From Chloroflexota bacterium (GTDB lineage: Bacteria; Chloroflexota; Dehalococcoidia; UBA2979), in assembly GCA_947479915.1 (NCBI GenBank), contig CANKAU010000001.1, positions 21,957 to 85,956 on the forward strand: 64,000 nucleotides of DNA, read 5' to 3'. The notes beneath the pieces were generated by a model that saw only the letters and a list, made by a program, of their open reading frames with translations, had not been told where the DNA came from and did not search any database. Below, piece after piece: positions 27,364 to 36,706 of this stretch (positions within the stretch are counted from its first letter, which is position 1; the number at the start of each line of letters is the position of its first letter). The translations under genes and the position numbers were made by a program.

Positions 27364-30093
27364 ATGACCACAGCCTCGAAGCCCGCCGCCGAGCCCCAGT
27401 TCACCGACGGCATGGTGCATTTCTTCGGTGACGGCGGTGGTCACGACTCCCGCGCGCTGCGCGACCTTCTCGGTGGGAAGGGCGCCGGCCTCGCGGAGAT
27501 GAGCAGCCTCGGCATCCCGGTCCCGCCCGGATTCACGATTACGACCGAGGTATGCAACGCGTTCTACGCGCTCGGACGGAAGTTCCCCGAGGGCCTGCGC
27601 TCGCTCGTGGAGACGAACCTGAAGCTCATCGAGGAGCGCGTCGGCACGAAGTTCGGCGACCCGTCGAACCCGTTGCTGGTGTCCGTACGCTCGGGCGCAC
27701 GCGTGTCGATGCCCGGCATGATGGACACGATCCTCAACCTCGGCCTCAACGACGCCACAGCCGAGGGGCTTGCGACCCGCTCCGGCAACGCGCGCTTCGC
27801 CTACGACTCGTACCGCCGCTTCGTGCAGATGTACGGCGACGTCGTCCTCGGCGTGGCGAAGCAGTCCGAGACCGACCACGACCCGTTCGAGGTGATCCTC
27901 AACGCGAAGAAGCGCGACCGTGGCGTCCAGGTGGACACCGAGCTCGACGCGACCGCCCTCAAGGAGCTGGTCGCGGAGTTCAAGGCGCTCGTGCTGGAGC
28001 GCACCGGCAGCCCCTTCCCGGACGACCCGACCGAGCAGCTGTGGGGGGCCATCGGCGCGGTGTTCAACTCGTGGGAGACGCCGCGTGCGGCGATCTACCG
28101 CCAGATGCACGGCTACCCCGACACGTGGGGCACGGCCGTCAACGTGCAGGCGATGGTCTTCGGCAACCTGGGCGACCACTGCGCCACCGGCGTGCTCTTC
28201 ACGCGCGACCCTTCCGCGGGCGACCGCTACATCTTCGGTGAGTTCCTGGTGAACGCTCAGGGCGAGGACGTCGTGGCGGGCACGCGCACGCCCCAGCCGA
28301 TCACGAAGGCCGCGCGCCGCGCGGATGGCCCGCCGTCCCTCGAAGAGTCGATGCCCGCCGCGTACGCGGATCTCGCGAAGGCGTGCGACACGCTGGAGCG
28401 GCACTTCCGCGACATGCAGGACATCGAGTTCACGATCCAGCAGGGGCGCCTGTGGGTGCTCCAGACACGCAACGGTCAGCGCGGTGGCCGCGCGATGGTG
28501 AAGATCGCCGTCGACATGGTCGACGAGGGTCTGCTCACCTCGAACGAGGCGATCTTGCGCGTCGACCCGGAGCAGCTGAACGAGCTGCTGCACCCCGTCT
28601 TCAAGCCCGGCGCCGCGCGCGAGGTGATCGCGACCGGTCTCGCCGCCTCGCCGGGTGCCGCCGTCGGTAAGGTTGTCTTCACCCCCGGTGATGCAGTGCA
28701 GTGGGCCGCGCGCGGCGAGGACGTGATCCTCGTGCGCGACGAGACCAGCCCCGAGGACATCGAGGGCATGAAGGACGCGCGGGCGATCGTCACGGCGCGC
28801 GGAGGCATGACCTCGCACGCCGCGGTCGTGGCGCGCGGCATGGGCAAGTGCTGCATCACCGGCTGCAGCACGCTGCAGCTCGACTACGCGCACCGCGAGT
28901 TCACGGTCACTGTGCCAGGACGCGGCGACGTCGTGGTCCGTGAGGGTGACGTGCTGAGCGTGGACGGGACCACCGGCGAGGTGATGATCGGCGCGCTCCC
29001 GCTCGCGGAGGCCGTCTTCCCGCCGGAGTACGACCGCCTGATGGAGTGGGTGGACGCCGCGCGCACCCTCAAGGTACGCGCCAACGCCGACACGCCCGAA
29101 GACGCCGAGCGCGCCCGATCGTTCGGCGCGGAGGGCATCGGCCTGTGCCGCACGGAGCACATGTTCTTCGGCGCTGATCGCATCCTCGCGGTGCGGGAGA
29201 TGATCCTCTCTCAGACCGAGACGGAGCGACGCGCGGCGCTGGAGAAGATCCTGCCGTTCCAGCGCACCGACTTCCACGGCATCCTGAAGGCGATGGCCGG
29301 TCTGCCCGTGACCATCCGCCTCCTCGACCCGCCGCTGCACGAGTTCCTGCCGCACACCGCGCAGGAGATCTCCGAGCTCGCCCACGCGCTGGGCCTGCGC
29401 AGTGCCGACGTGGAGCGCCGCGTCGAGGGCCTGCGGGAGTTCAACCCGATGCTGGGCCACCGCGGCGTGCGCCTCGCGATCACGTACCCCGAAATCTACG
29501 AGGTACAGGTGCGCGCGATCATGGAGGCCGCCTGCGACCTCCGCAACGAGGGCATCAACGTTGAGCCCGAGATCATGATCCCGCTGGTCGGCATCGAGGC
29601 CGAGCTCATGGAGCTCCGCCAGTTGACCGAGGAGACCGCGGAGCAGGTGCTCAAGGAGCGGGACTGCAAGATCCCGTACACCGTGGGCACGATGATCGAG
29701 TTGCCTCGCGCGTGCGTGGTGGCGGACCGCATCGCCCAGCACGCGGACTTCTTCTCGTTCGGCACGAACGACCTGACGCAGACGACCTTCGGTCTCTCGC
29801 GCGATGACGCCGGGCGCTTCCTGCCCGCGTACATCAAGCAGCACGTGCTGGAGCGCGACCCGTTCGTCGAGCTCGACCGCGAGGGCGTCGGCGGGCTGAT
29901 CAAGATGGCGATCGCCAAGGGGCGTGGCGTGAAGCCCGACCTGAAGGTCGGCATCTGCGGCGAGCACGGCGGCAACCCGCCGTCCGTCGCGTTCTGCCAC
30001 GAGGCCGGCCTGAACTACGTCTCCTGCAGCCCCTACCGGGTGCCGATTGCCCGCCTCGCAGCGGCGCAGGCGGCGCTCGCGCAGACGCGGTAG
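27364..30093 (+). CDS. ppdK: Pyruvate, phosphate dikinase
   Basis: 909 aa from ATG 27364 (GGAAGGTG SD 4 nt upstream). ATP-grasp N-terminus (LLGGKGAGLAEM), phospho-His loop GGMTSHAAVVARGMGKCCITG and a PEP/pyruvate TIM barrel (FFSFGTNDLTQ, CGEHGG). Confidence 0.95.
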   Translation: MTTASKPAAEPQFTDGMVHFFGDGGGHDSRALRDLLGGKGAGLAEMSSLGIPVPPGFTITTEVCNAFYALGRKFPEGLRSLVETNLKLIEERVGTKFGDPSNPLLVSVRSGARVSMPGMMDTILNLGLNDATAEGLATRSGNARFAYDSYRRFVQMYGDVVLGVAKQSETDHDPFEVILNAKKRDRGVQVDTELDATALKELVAEFKALVLERTGSPFPDDPTEQLWGAIGAVFNSWETPRAAIYRQMHGYPDTWGTAVNVQAMVFGNLGDHCATGVLFTRDPSAGDRYIFGEFLVNAQGEDVVAGTRTPQPITKAARRADGPPSLEESMPAAYADLAKACDTLERHFRDMQDIEFTIQQGRLWVLQTRNGQRGGRAMVKIAVDMVDEGLLTSNEAILRVDPEQLNELLHPVFKPGAAREVIATGLAASPGAAVGKVVFTPGDAVQWAARGEDVILVRDETSPEDIEGMKDARAIVTARGGMTSHAAVVARGMGKCCITGCSTLQLDYAHREFTVTVPGRGDVVVREGDVLSVDGTTGEVMIGALPLAEAVFPPEYDRLMEWVDAARTLKVRANADTPEDAERARSFGAEGIGLCRTEHMFFGADRILAVREMILSQTETERRAALEKILPFQRTDFHGILKAMAGLPVTIRLLDPPLHEFLPHTAQEISELAHALGLRSADVERRVEGLREFNPMLGHRGVRLAITYPEIYEVQVRAIMEAACDLRNEGINVEPEIMIPLVGIEAELMELRQLTEETAEQVLKERDCKIPYTVGTMIELPRACVVADRIAQHADFFSFGTNDLTQTTFGLSRDDAGRFLPAYIKQHVLERDPFVELDREGVGGLIKMAIAKGRGVKPDLKVGICGEHGGNPPSVAFCHEAGLNYVSCSPYRVPIARLAAAQAALAQTR

Positions 30094-30127
30094 GCCGGAC
30101 GCGATCATCGAGGTGAGTCGCACCGCC

Positions 30128-31006
30128 GTGGCTTCGCTGTTGCGTGCCGCGTGGGTGGTGGCGCTGATCTTCGGGGCGCTCGCTGTGGGCGCCCTTGGGG
30201 CACGTGGTGCCTCGGCCCAGCCTCAGCAGGTGGCGATCACAGCGGTGGACCTGGGCGGGCGGGTCATGCCGTTCGAGCAGTTCCGCGCCGAGGCTCACGC
30301 GGGCTGTCCCGGCGATGCCAGCTCGCCGCCCGTGCCCCACCTCCACACGAAGAGCGGCGGCCCCGCGGTCGCCATCGACCTGACCGAGGTCGCCGATCCG
30401 GCGCCTGGGGGATGTGGCTTCGGCATCGTGGTGCAGGGTGCGCCGAACAGCGCGCCGATCGGCCTGGTGAACGTCGATGCCGCAGCCCTCGCGCGGTGGA
30501 CCGCCCGCACGGGCATCGAGGTGGTGAGCGTGTCGGCGGCGGTACCGGCGAACGCCCCGGCCACCCCCACACGGCCCGCAGCCACCGCGCCCACGACGCT
30601 GCTCTCCAGTCCGGAACGGCCGCCCGAGGACACCTCGAGGCTGTCGACGCGAGCACGCGTGCTGATCGTGGTGCCGCTGACGCTGCTCCTCGGCGCGGGG
30701 CTGGCGTACTACATGACACGCCACACGGAGCCGGTGCGCGCAAGTACCTGGACGCCATCGACGCGCGTTGAGATGGTCGAGCCGACCGCTGACGGCGGGC
30801 TGTTGAGCGCCCGTCTTTCGCGGGGCCACGCGGGTCTGCTCGCCGCCCCCGATCCGCAGGCGGTTGAGGTCGAGCCGGACGCGGTAGACGAGCCCGATGC
30901 CGAAGGCGCGCCGGCGGTCGCAGTCCTCGATCGGACCGATGACGCCGGCGCACACGCGCCCGAGGACGACGGCGTCGGGCCTGGCTCGCCGCGCGACGCG
31001 GACTAG
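30128..31006 (+). CDS. Hypothetical secreted/single-pass membrane protein with an acidic C-terminal tail
   Basis: GTG 30128 is preferred (GAGGTGA SD about 9 nt upstream; N-terminus MASLLRAAWVVALIFGALAVGALGARGASAQ looks like a signal peptide). There is a second TM (VLIVVPLTLLLGAGLAYYM). No family was recognised. The track start at 30047 overlaps ppdK. Confidence 0.45.
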   Translation: MASLLRAAWVVALIFGALAVGALGARGASAQPQQVAITAVDLGGRVMPFEQFRAEAHAGCPGDASSPPVPHLHTKSGGPAVAIDLTEVADPAPGGCGFGIVVQGAPNSAPIGLVNVDAAALARWTARTGIEVVSVSAAVPANAPATPTRPAATAPTTLLSSPERPPEDTSRLSTRARVLIVVPLTLLLGAGLAYYMTRHTEPVRASTWTPSTRVEMVEPTADGGLLSARLSRGHAGLLAAPDPQAVEVEPDAVDEPDAEGAPAVAVLDRTDDAGAHAPEDDGVGPGSPRDAD

Positions 31007-31009
31007 CCG

Positions 31010-32848
31010 CTATTCGACGGTGACGGTCTTCGCGAGGTTGCGCGGCTGGTCGACGTCCGCGCCGCGGCTCGTCGCGATGTAGTACGCGAGCAGTTGGAGC
31101 GGCACCACCGTCACGATCGGCGCGAGCAGCGGATCGACCTCGGGCAGTTCGATGATGTCGTTGGCGATGCCGACGAGGCTGTGGTCACCGCGCGAGACAA
31201 CGGCGATCACCTGCCCACGGCGTGCGCGCACCTGCTCGATGTTCGAGCGCATCTTGTCGAAGACCTCGTCGCGCGGGGCAATCGCCAGCGTCGGCATGTT
31301 CTCGTCGATCAGCGCGATCGGGCCGTGCTTCATCTCGCCGGCGGCATAGCCCTCGGCGTGGATGTAGGAGACTTCCTTCAGCTTGAGCGCCCCCTCGAGG
31401 GCAATCGGATAGCCGAGGCCGCGACCGAGGAACAGGAAGTCCTCGTGATTCGCGTAGCGGCCCGCGAGCTCCTCGATCTGCGGCGCCAGCTCCAGCACCT
31501 CGCCGATCGCTGCCGGCAGATGCAGTGCGGCCTCGATCTGCTGCGCCTCGACGGCCGGGTCGAGCGTGCCACGCAGCCGTCCGAGGTGCAGCGCGAGGCC
31601 GTGGAGCAGGAGCATGGAAGCGAGCATCGTCTTCGTGCTCGCAACGGCGATCTCCGGGCCCACGCGCAGCAGGATCGTGCCGTCGGCGACGCGCGTGGTC
31701 TGCGCGCCGGGCGTGTTGCAGAGCGTGATCTGCAGACAGCCCGCGCGTCGCGCCTCGTCCATGGCGGCCAGCGTGTCGACCGTTTCCCCGGACTGCGCGA
31801 TCGAGACGACGAGCGTGTTCTCATCGAGAACCGGCTGCCGGTAGCGGAACTCCGCGGAGTTATCGACCTCGGCGGGGAGCCGTGCGAAGCGCTCGAAGTA
31901 GTGCCGTCCGACCATCGCCGAGTGCATCGAGGTGCCCATGCCGATCAGGACGACTCGCGTGAACGACCGGGCGCGGGCCTCGTCGATCGGCAGGCCCTCG
32001 AACTCCACGCGCGCGGGGCGGGTGAGGTAGCGACCACGGATCGCATCGAGCGCTGCGTCGGGCTGCTCGAAGATCTCCTTCAGCATGAAGTGCTTGTACG
32101 GCCCCTTCACGGCGGCGACCGGGTCGTAGGGCAGCACCTCGACGCGCTTGGTGATCGCGGCGCCCTCGGCGTCGGTGTACGCGACGCTGTCGGCGCGCAC
32201 GTCGGCGAACTCGCCCGGCTCGAGGAACGTGACGCGGCGCGTGTGTGGCAGCAGGGCGCTGAGATCTGATGCGAGCAGGTGCTCGCCGTCGCCCACGCCG
32301 ATCACGATGCCCCCGGCGTTCCCAACACGCGCGGCGACCAGGCGTCCCGGCTCGTTCCGCGAGATCGCGACGATCGAGTAGGCGCCCTGCGCCTCGCGCA
32401 CCACGGCCCGCAGCGCCACGATGAGATCGTCGCCGGCCTCCAGGCGGGTCGCGATCATGTGCGCGAGCACCTCGGTGTCAGTGTCGGAGAGAAACGGGCC
32501 ACGCCCGTAGCGCAGCCGAAGATCCTCGAAGTTCTCGACGATGCCGTTGTGGACCACGGCGACGGTGCCGTCCGGATCGAGGTGCGGATGTGCGTTGCGG
32601 TCGCTCGGCTCGCCGTGGGTGGCCCACCGCGTGTGGCCGATGCCCGCGACGGCCGGGGGCAGGGTGCCCTCGACTCGCTGGAGCAGGGCGTCGAGCTTGC
32701 CCGTCGCTCGGGCAACGAAGAGTTGCTGGTGATCGTCGAAGAGGGCGACGCCGGCGGAGTCATATCCGCGGTACTCGAGGCGACGCAGGCCTTCAAGGAC
32801 GATCGGTCCAGCCGGACGCTGTCCGGTGTAACCGACGATGCCACACAT
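31010..32848 (-). CDS. glmS: Glutamine--fructose-6-phosphate aminotransferase (isomerizing)
   Basis: 612 aa from ATG 32848 (AGGAG SD). N-terminal nucleophile MCGIVGY, two SIS domains, and C-terminal ...DVDQPRNLAKTVTVE. Confidence 0.95.
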   Translation of the reverse strand: MCGIVGYTGQRPAGPIVLEGLRRLEYRGYDSAGVALFDDHQQLFVARATGKLDALLQRVEGTLPPAVAGIGHTRWATHGEPSDRNAHPHLDPDGTVAVVHNGIVENFEDLRLRYGRGPFLSDTDTEVLAHMIATRLEAGDDLIVALRAVVREAQGAYSIVAISRNEPGRLVAARVGNAGGIVIGVGDGEHLLASDLSALLPHTRRVTFLEPGEFADVRADSVAYTDAEGAAITKRVEVLPYDPVAAVKGPYKHFMLKEIFEQPDAALDAIRGRYLTRPARVEFEGLPIDEARARSFTRVVLIGMGTSMHSAMVGRHYFERFARLPAEVDNSAEFRYRQPVLDENTLVVSIAQSGETVDTLAAMDEARRAGCLQITLCNTPGAQTTRVADGTILLRVGPEIAVASTKTMLASMLLLHGLALHLGRLRGTLDPAVEAQQIEAALHLPAAIGEVLELAPQIEELAGRYANHEDFLFLGRGLGYPIALEGALKLKEVSYIHAEGYAAGEMKHGPIALIDENMPTLAIAPRDEVFDKMRSNIEQVRARRGQVIAVVSRGDHSLVGIANDIIELPEVDPLLAPIVTVVPLQLLAYYIATSRGADVDQPRNLAKTVTVE

Positions 32849-32919
32849 AGGGTGCTCCTGCCGCGCCCGCCTGCGTCCAGTGTACGCGGGGTGCGGCGAA
32901 CGGCGCCATGCGCTGGGGG

Positions 32920-33690
32920 CTACGCGGTCGGAGGCTCCTCGGTCGGCGCGTCGTCGTCCTCGTGGCGCGGCGCGCGCGAGGGGCGCTCGCGCGCCTCGCG
33001 CAGGACGACCACGGTGTCCTCGGTGTCGGCACCGTAAGCGCCGCGGTGGCTCTCCGGGAGCATCGAGGCGATGCGGCGCATCAGTCGGTCGGTCTCCACC
33101 TCGGGCGAACCGCCACCCTCGGAGGGTGCGGGGATCGTGAACGGCTCGCCGAATTCCACGCGGATCGCGGGACGTCTGCGGAACAGCCACGCCCAGAACA
33201 CGCCGGGAAGCGGCACGTTGGTCCCGGTGATCGCGATCGGCACGACGAGCGCCTTCGACATCTGGGCCACCACCGCCGCGCCGGGCAATGCGGGCCGAAG
33301 CTGCGTCGCCGCACCGCTGCGCTTGCCTCGCGTGCCCTCGGGGAATATGAGGACGGCCTCGTCGTTGCGGAGCAGGTTGCGCGCGACGCGGAGCGCGCCC
33401 ATGTCGGCGGAGAAGCGGCGCACCGGGAACGCACCGTAGGCGTGGAAGAACCAGCCGATCAGCGGGATTTCGAACAACTCGCGCTTGGCCATGGGATGCA
33501 CGCGGCGAGTGACGCACGCCGCGACCAGCGGCGGGTCGAGCAGGTGCACGTGATTCGCCACGAGGATCAGCGGGCCGCCGGTCGGGACGCGCTCAAGCCC
33601 GACGACCTCGAGGCGCGAAAGCGACCGCACCACCAGCCGGGTGAAGGCGGTGCAGATGGCGTAGACGATCGCAGAGAGGCGGGCGCGCAT
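32920..33690 (-). CDS. plsC: 1-acyl-sn-glycerol-3-phosphate acyltransferase
   Basis: 256 aa with the acyltransferase motifs NHVHLLDP (HX4D) and IFPEGTRG. Confidence 0.85.
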   Translation of the reverse strand: MRARLSAIVYAICTAFTRLVVRSLSRLEVVGLERVPTGGPLILVANHVHLLDPPLVAACVTRRVHPMAKRELFEIPLIGWFFHAYGAFPVRRFSADMGALRVARNLLRNDEAVLIFPEGTRGKRSGAATQLRPALPGAAVVAQMSKALVVPIAITGTNVPLPGVFWAWLFRRRPAIRVEFGEPFTIPAPSEGGGSPEVETDRLMRRIASMLPESHRGAYGADTEDTVVVLREARERPSRAPRHEDDDAPTEEPPTA

Positions 33691-33727
33691 GGTCTCAGCC
33701 TACCTCGACTCGTCGGTCGTGCGGCGG

Positions 33728-34426
33728 CTAGGCCCCGGGATTGACGCGCCGGTACAGCTCGGCGCACTGCGCGACGACCTCGTCGATGCCGATCGCGTCG
33801 GTGTCGATGACCAGCGCGCCTTCGGCGGCCTGTTCGCGCTTCACGGCGCGGTGGCCGGTGTTGTCCAGCTCGTCGCGGCGACGAGTCGCGGCCAGCACCG
33901 TCTCGAACGTGGAGTCGCGGCCCTCGACCTGCTCTTCGCCGAGACGGCGCCGCGCGCGGATCTCGGTCGACGCGTCGAGGAACACCTTCGTCCGCGCCTC
34001 GACGAGGACGCGCGTGCCGATGTCGCGTCCCGCCATGACCACGGGCTCGCGGCCGGCGATCGCGCGCTGACGGCGCACGAGCTCGTGCCGCACGTCCTCG
34101 ATGCGCGAGATGAGCGACACGGTCTGCTCGATGACCGCGGTGCGGAGGTTCGGCGTGACATCGACGGCGGAGAGCAGGATGCGCGGGTCGTTCGGCTCGG
34201 GCCAGCGGACGTCGAGGTCGAGGTGGTTCACCAGTTCGGTGACGGCTGCCTCGTCCTCGGGGTTCACGCCGGCGTCCAGCACCGAGAGCGTGCAGGCGCG
34301 GTACATGAGGCCGGTGTCGAAGAAGCCAAGGTGCAGGAGGTCCGCCAGCGCGCGTCCGACGACGCTCTTGCCGGAGGCCGTCGGGCCGTCAATCGCGATG
34401 CAGCGTTGCAGTGCGTCGTCGATGAT
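33728..34426 (-). CDS. cmk: Cytidylate kinase (start codon apparently non-canonical)
   Basis: The track ORF starts at Met 34306, but the P-loop IAIDGPTASGKSVVGRALA is encoded upstream in the same frame. An in-frame TGA at 34469-34471 leaves no ATG/GTG/TTG before it. GGAGG (34433-34437) - 6 nt - ATC (34424-34426) is the best start. Confidence 0.8.
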   Translation of the reverse strand: MIDDALQRCIAIDGPTASGKSVVGRALADLLHLGFFDTGLMYRACTLSVLDAGVNPEDEAAVTELVNHLDLDVRWPEPNDPRILLSAVDVTPNLRTAVIEQTVSLISRIEDVRHELVRRQRAIAGREPVVMAGRDIGTRVLVEARTKVFLDASTEIRARRRLGEEQVEGRDSTFETVLAATRRRDELDNTGHRAVKREQAAEGALVIDTDAIGIDEVVAQCAELYRRVNPGA

Positions 34427-34493
34427 CGTGATCCTCCACCCACCCGGACGTCGCCGGGGTTCGGAGGATCATAGGCAGCACAGATCGCTGACG

Positions 34494-35234
34494 CTAGGCC
34501 TCGTTCTGGGGGCCGAGCCCGACCAGCGCCCGCAGCGCTGCGAGTTCTTGCGGCGTGACCACGCGCGAGGCGCCCGGCGCGAGGTCATCGAGGCTCACCG
34601 GACCGAAGGCGGTGCGGCGGAGCCGCGCGACGTGGTGCCCGACCGCCTCGAACATGCGGCGCACCTGGCGGTTGCGCCCTTCGTGAATCACGACGCGGAG
34701 GTTCGTGGGCGGAGTGTCACCGGGCAGCTGCTCGACGACCGCAGGGGCGGTCATGCCGTCCTCCAGCATCACGCCCTGTCGCAGCCGCTGCAGTGCGCCG
34801 TCGGCGACCTGGCCGTCCACGCTCGCCTCGTAGGTCTTCATCACCTCGTAGCGCGGGTGGGTGAGGCGGTGCGCCAGTTCGCCCTCGGTGGTGAGCAGCA
34901 GCAGCCCCGAGGTATCGCGATCCAGGCGGCCGACGTAGCGGAGGTGCGGCGGCGGGTCGTGCAGGATGTCGAAGACGGTCTGCCGCCCGCGATCGTCGAC
35001 CGCGGTGACCACGATGCCCGTCGGCTTGTTGAGGACGATCGTCACATCGTCCGGCTCGAGGCGGATGCGTTCACCGTCGACCTCGATGCGCTGGGTGTCG
35101 GGGTCTGCGCGCGTGCCGAGGATCGCGACGATTCCGTCCACTGTGACGCGGCCCGCCGCGATGACGAGCTCAGCGCTACGGCGGCTGCCGTAGCCGGATC
35201 GAGCGAGGAGTTTCTGGAGACGTTCTGCTGGCAC
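34494..35234 (-). CDS. rluB: Pseudouridine synthase, RsuA/RluB family (S4 domain + catalytic domain)
   Basis: 246 aa. S4 RLQKLLARSGYGSRRSAELVIAAGRVTVDG and catalytic GRLDRDTSGLLLLT. GTG start 12 nt after the stop of the upstream small ORF. Confidence 0.85.
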   Translation of the reverse strand: MPAERLQKLLARSGYGSRRSAELVIAAGRVTVDGIVAILGTRADPDTQRIEVDGERIRLEPDDVTIVLNKPTGIVVTAVDDRGRQTVFDILHDPPPHLRYVGRLDRDTSGLLLLTTEGELAHRLTHPRYEVMKTYEASVDGQVADGALQRLRQGVMLEDGMTAPAVVEQLPGDTPPTNLRVVIHEGRNRQVRRMFEAVGHHVARLRRTAFGPVSLDDLAPGASRVVTPQELAALRALVGLGPQNEA

Positions 35235-35246
35235 GGTGGGCTCGCG

Positions 35247-35522
35247 CTACGCTCGGCGACGGATCCGCTCGACCACAGTGACCTCGGTCACCACGGTGCG
35301 GATGATGGCCTCCGGGCCACGGGGGTTCGAGGTTGCGCCCATGTGTTCGGCGGCGCTCATCGCGATCTCGCGCACCGCGCGCTCCGCGGCGAGCGTGGCG
35401 ACGAGGGCGGCTGCGGAGCCCGCGATGATCGGCAGGGCACGGCGCACCATGGCGTCGCGGATCTGCTCGACGCGAGTCGCGGGGAGCGGCGAGCCAACGC
35501 GTACAGGGTGCAGAACGGTCAT
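35247..35522 (-). CDS. Hypothetical small protein (91 aa)
   Basis: ATG 35522 is preceded by GGAG with an 8-nt spacer. Composition is unbiased, unlike antisense ORFs, and it is tightly linked to rluB. No family was recognised. Confidence 0.35.
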   Translation of the reverse strand: MTVLHPVRVGSPLPATRVEQIRDAMVRRALPIIAGSAAALVATLAAERAVREIAMSAAEHMGATSNPRGPEAIIRTVVTEVTVVERIRRRA

Positions 35523-35628
35523 CGGGATCACTCCGGGTGCGGGACAGTCGCGTCAGCGTACAGGAAGCGCGCGGCGGCGCGCCACCGTGCGCGCACGCGC
35601 GTGTTCGCGATGTCACACGCCCGTGATG

Positions 35629-36447
35629 TCACTCGCCGCGCGCCCGCCGCGTTTCCACGTCGCTCGTGAGGTCGAGAGGCTGCGCATCCTGACCGTGGGC
35701 GTCCACGATGCGGCCGGGCAGCGCGTGCATGCGGCCGTCGGCGAACGCCTGCAGTGCCGAGACCAGCAGCGGCGCTTCGTAAGCCATCTGCGCCTCGCGG
35801 ATGCGGGCGAACAGCGCGCTTGCCTCGATCGCCGTGCCGTCGAGGGTCGCCGGATCGCCGAGCGCGTTCCAGAGTGCGTCGTACTCGCCGCCCCGGATCG
35901 CGTAGCGACAGAACGCCGCGACCGGGCCCGCGTCAACCTCCGGGATCGCGAGGTGGATCATCGCGCCGCTCTCGCTCGCGCCCGTGCGGATCAGATGACG
36001 GATGACCTCGCGCCACGTGCCGGCCGGGCCGCCGGGGAGCGCGGGGTGCAGGTTGAGGATCGGGTGCTGGGACACGAAGGGCGGCGTGAAGATCAGCATG
36101 TAGCCGGCGAGGACGCCGATCTCCGCAGCGTGATGATCGACGAGCCGCGCCACCTCGTGATCGAAGTCGTCGCGCCACTCCGGCAGCGGCTCGTTGGGCT
36201 TCGAGCGCGCACCGCCATGCTCGCGGCGGAAGCGCACCGACGACAGCGTCACAAGCGGCGCGCCCGTGTCACGCACGAGGTCGAAGAACTGATCGGTGGC
36301 GATGTCCTCGCCCTGCTCGCGGTTGCAGAAGACGTGCGCGAATCGCGCGTCCAGCGTGCCGGTGTCGATCGCGTTCCGCACGGCGAGGAACATGCCGCGC
36401 GACCCGGCGCCACGCGCCGTCGTGTACCAGCCGACCCCCAGCGTCAT
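35629..36447 (-). CDS. Formyltransferase-fold protein (PurN-like catalytic core)
   Basis: 272 aa. The PurN-like catalytic triad context is conserved: ILNLHPALPG (Asn/His) and HLAIPEVDAGPV (Asp). It has an extra C-terminal ~80 aa. Confidence 0.65.
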   Translation of the reverse strand: MTLGVGWYTTARGAGSRGMFLAVRNAIDTGTLDARFAHVFCNREQGEDIATDQFFDLVRDTGAPLVTLSSVRFRREHGGARSKPNEPLPEWRDDFDHEVARLVDHHAAEIGVLAGYMLIFTPPFVSQHPILNLHPALPGGPAGTWREVIRHLIRTGASESGAMIHLAIPEVDAGPVAAFCRYAIRGGEYDALWNALGDPATLDGTAIEASALFARIREAQMAYEAPLLVSALQAFADGRMHALPGRIVDAHGQDAQPLDLTSDVETRRARGE

Positions 36448-36460
36448 CGGGAGGCCTGCG

Positions 36461-36706
36461 TCACGCGTTGCCGCCCGCGCCCTGGCGTAGCGTCTCGATG
36501 CGCTGCTCGACCGCGCCGAGGAGCGCCTGGCAGCGCTGCGCGAGCGCCATGCCTTCCTCGTATAGCGCGAGCGACTGCTCCAGCGTCAGCCCACCGCTCT
36601 CCAACTGCTGCGAGACCGCCTCGAGGCGTGCATAGAGCGTCTCGAAGCCCTCGTCTGGGAGGTCGAGCATCGGCTGGGCGGCGTCGGGTGCAGGGCGATT
36701 GGTCAT
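36461..36706 (-). CDS. xseB: Exodeoxyribonuclease VII small subunit
   Basis: 81 aa. FETLYARLEAVSQQLESGGLTLEQSLALYEEGMALAQRCQALL is a typical XseB helical hairpin. 4-nt overlap with xseA. Confidence 0.85.
   Translation of the reverse strand: MTNRPAPDAAQPMLDLPDEGFETLYARLEAVSQQLESGGLTLEQSLALYEEGMALAQRCQALLGAVEQRIETLRQGAGGNA

Noticed and set aside
27130-30123. N-terminal ~1000 aa of the 1348-aa minus-strand track ORF
   Set aside because: It is antisense to ppdK. Recognisable dGTPase homology begins only at the Met encoded at 27129.
32849-33517. 5' extension of the glmS ORF, and a possible glmS ribozyme upstream of glmS
   Set aside because: GlmS must begin with MCGIVGY (Cys2 nucleophile) at 32848. 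The spacer to plsC is only 71 nt, too short for a ~170-nt glmS ribozyme, and I saw no conserved core.
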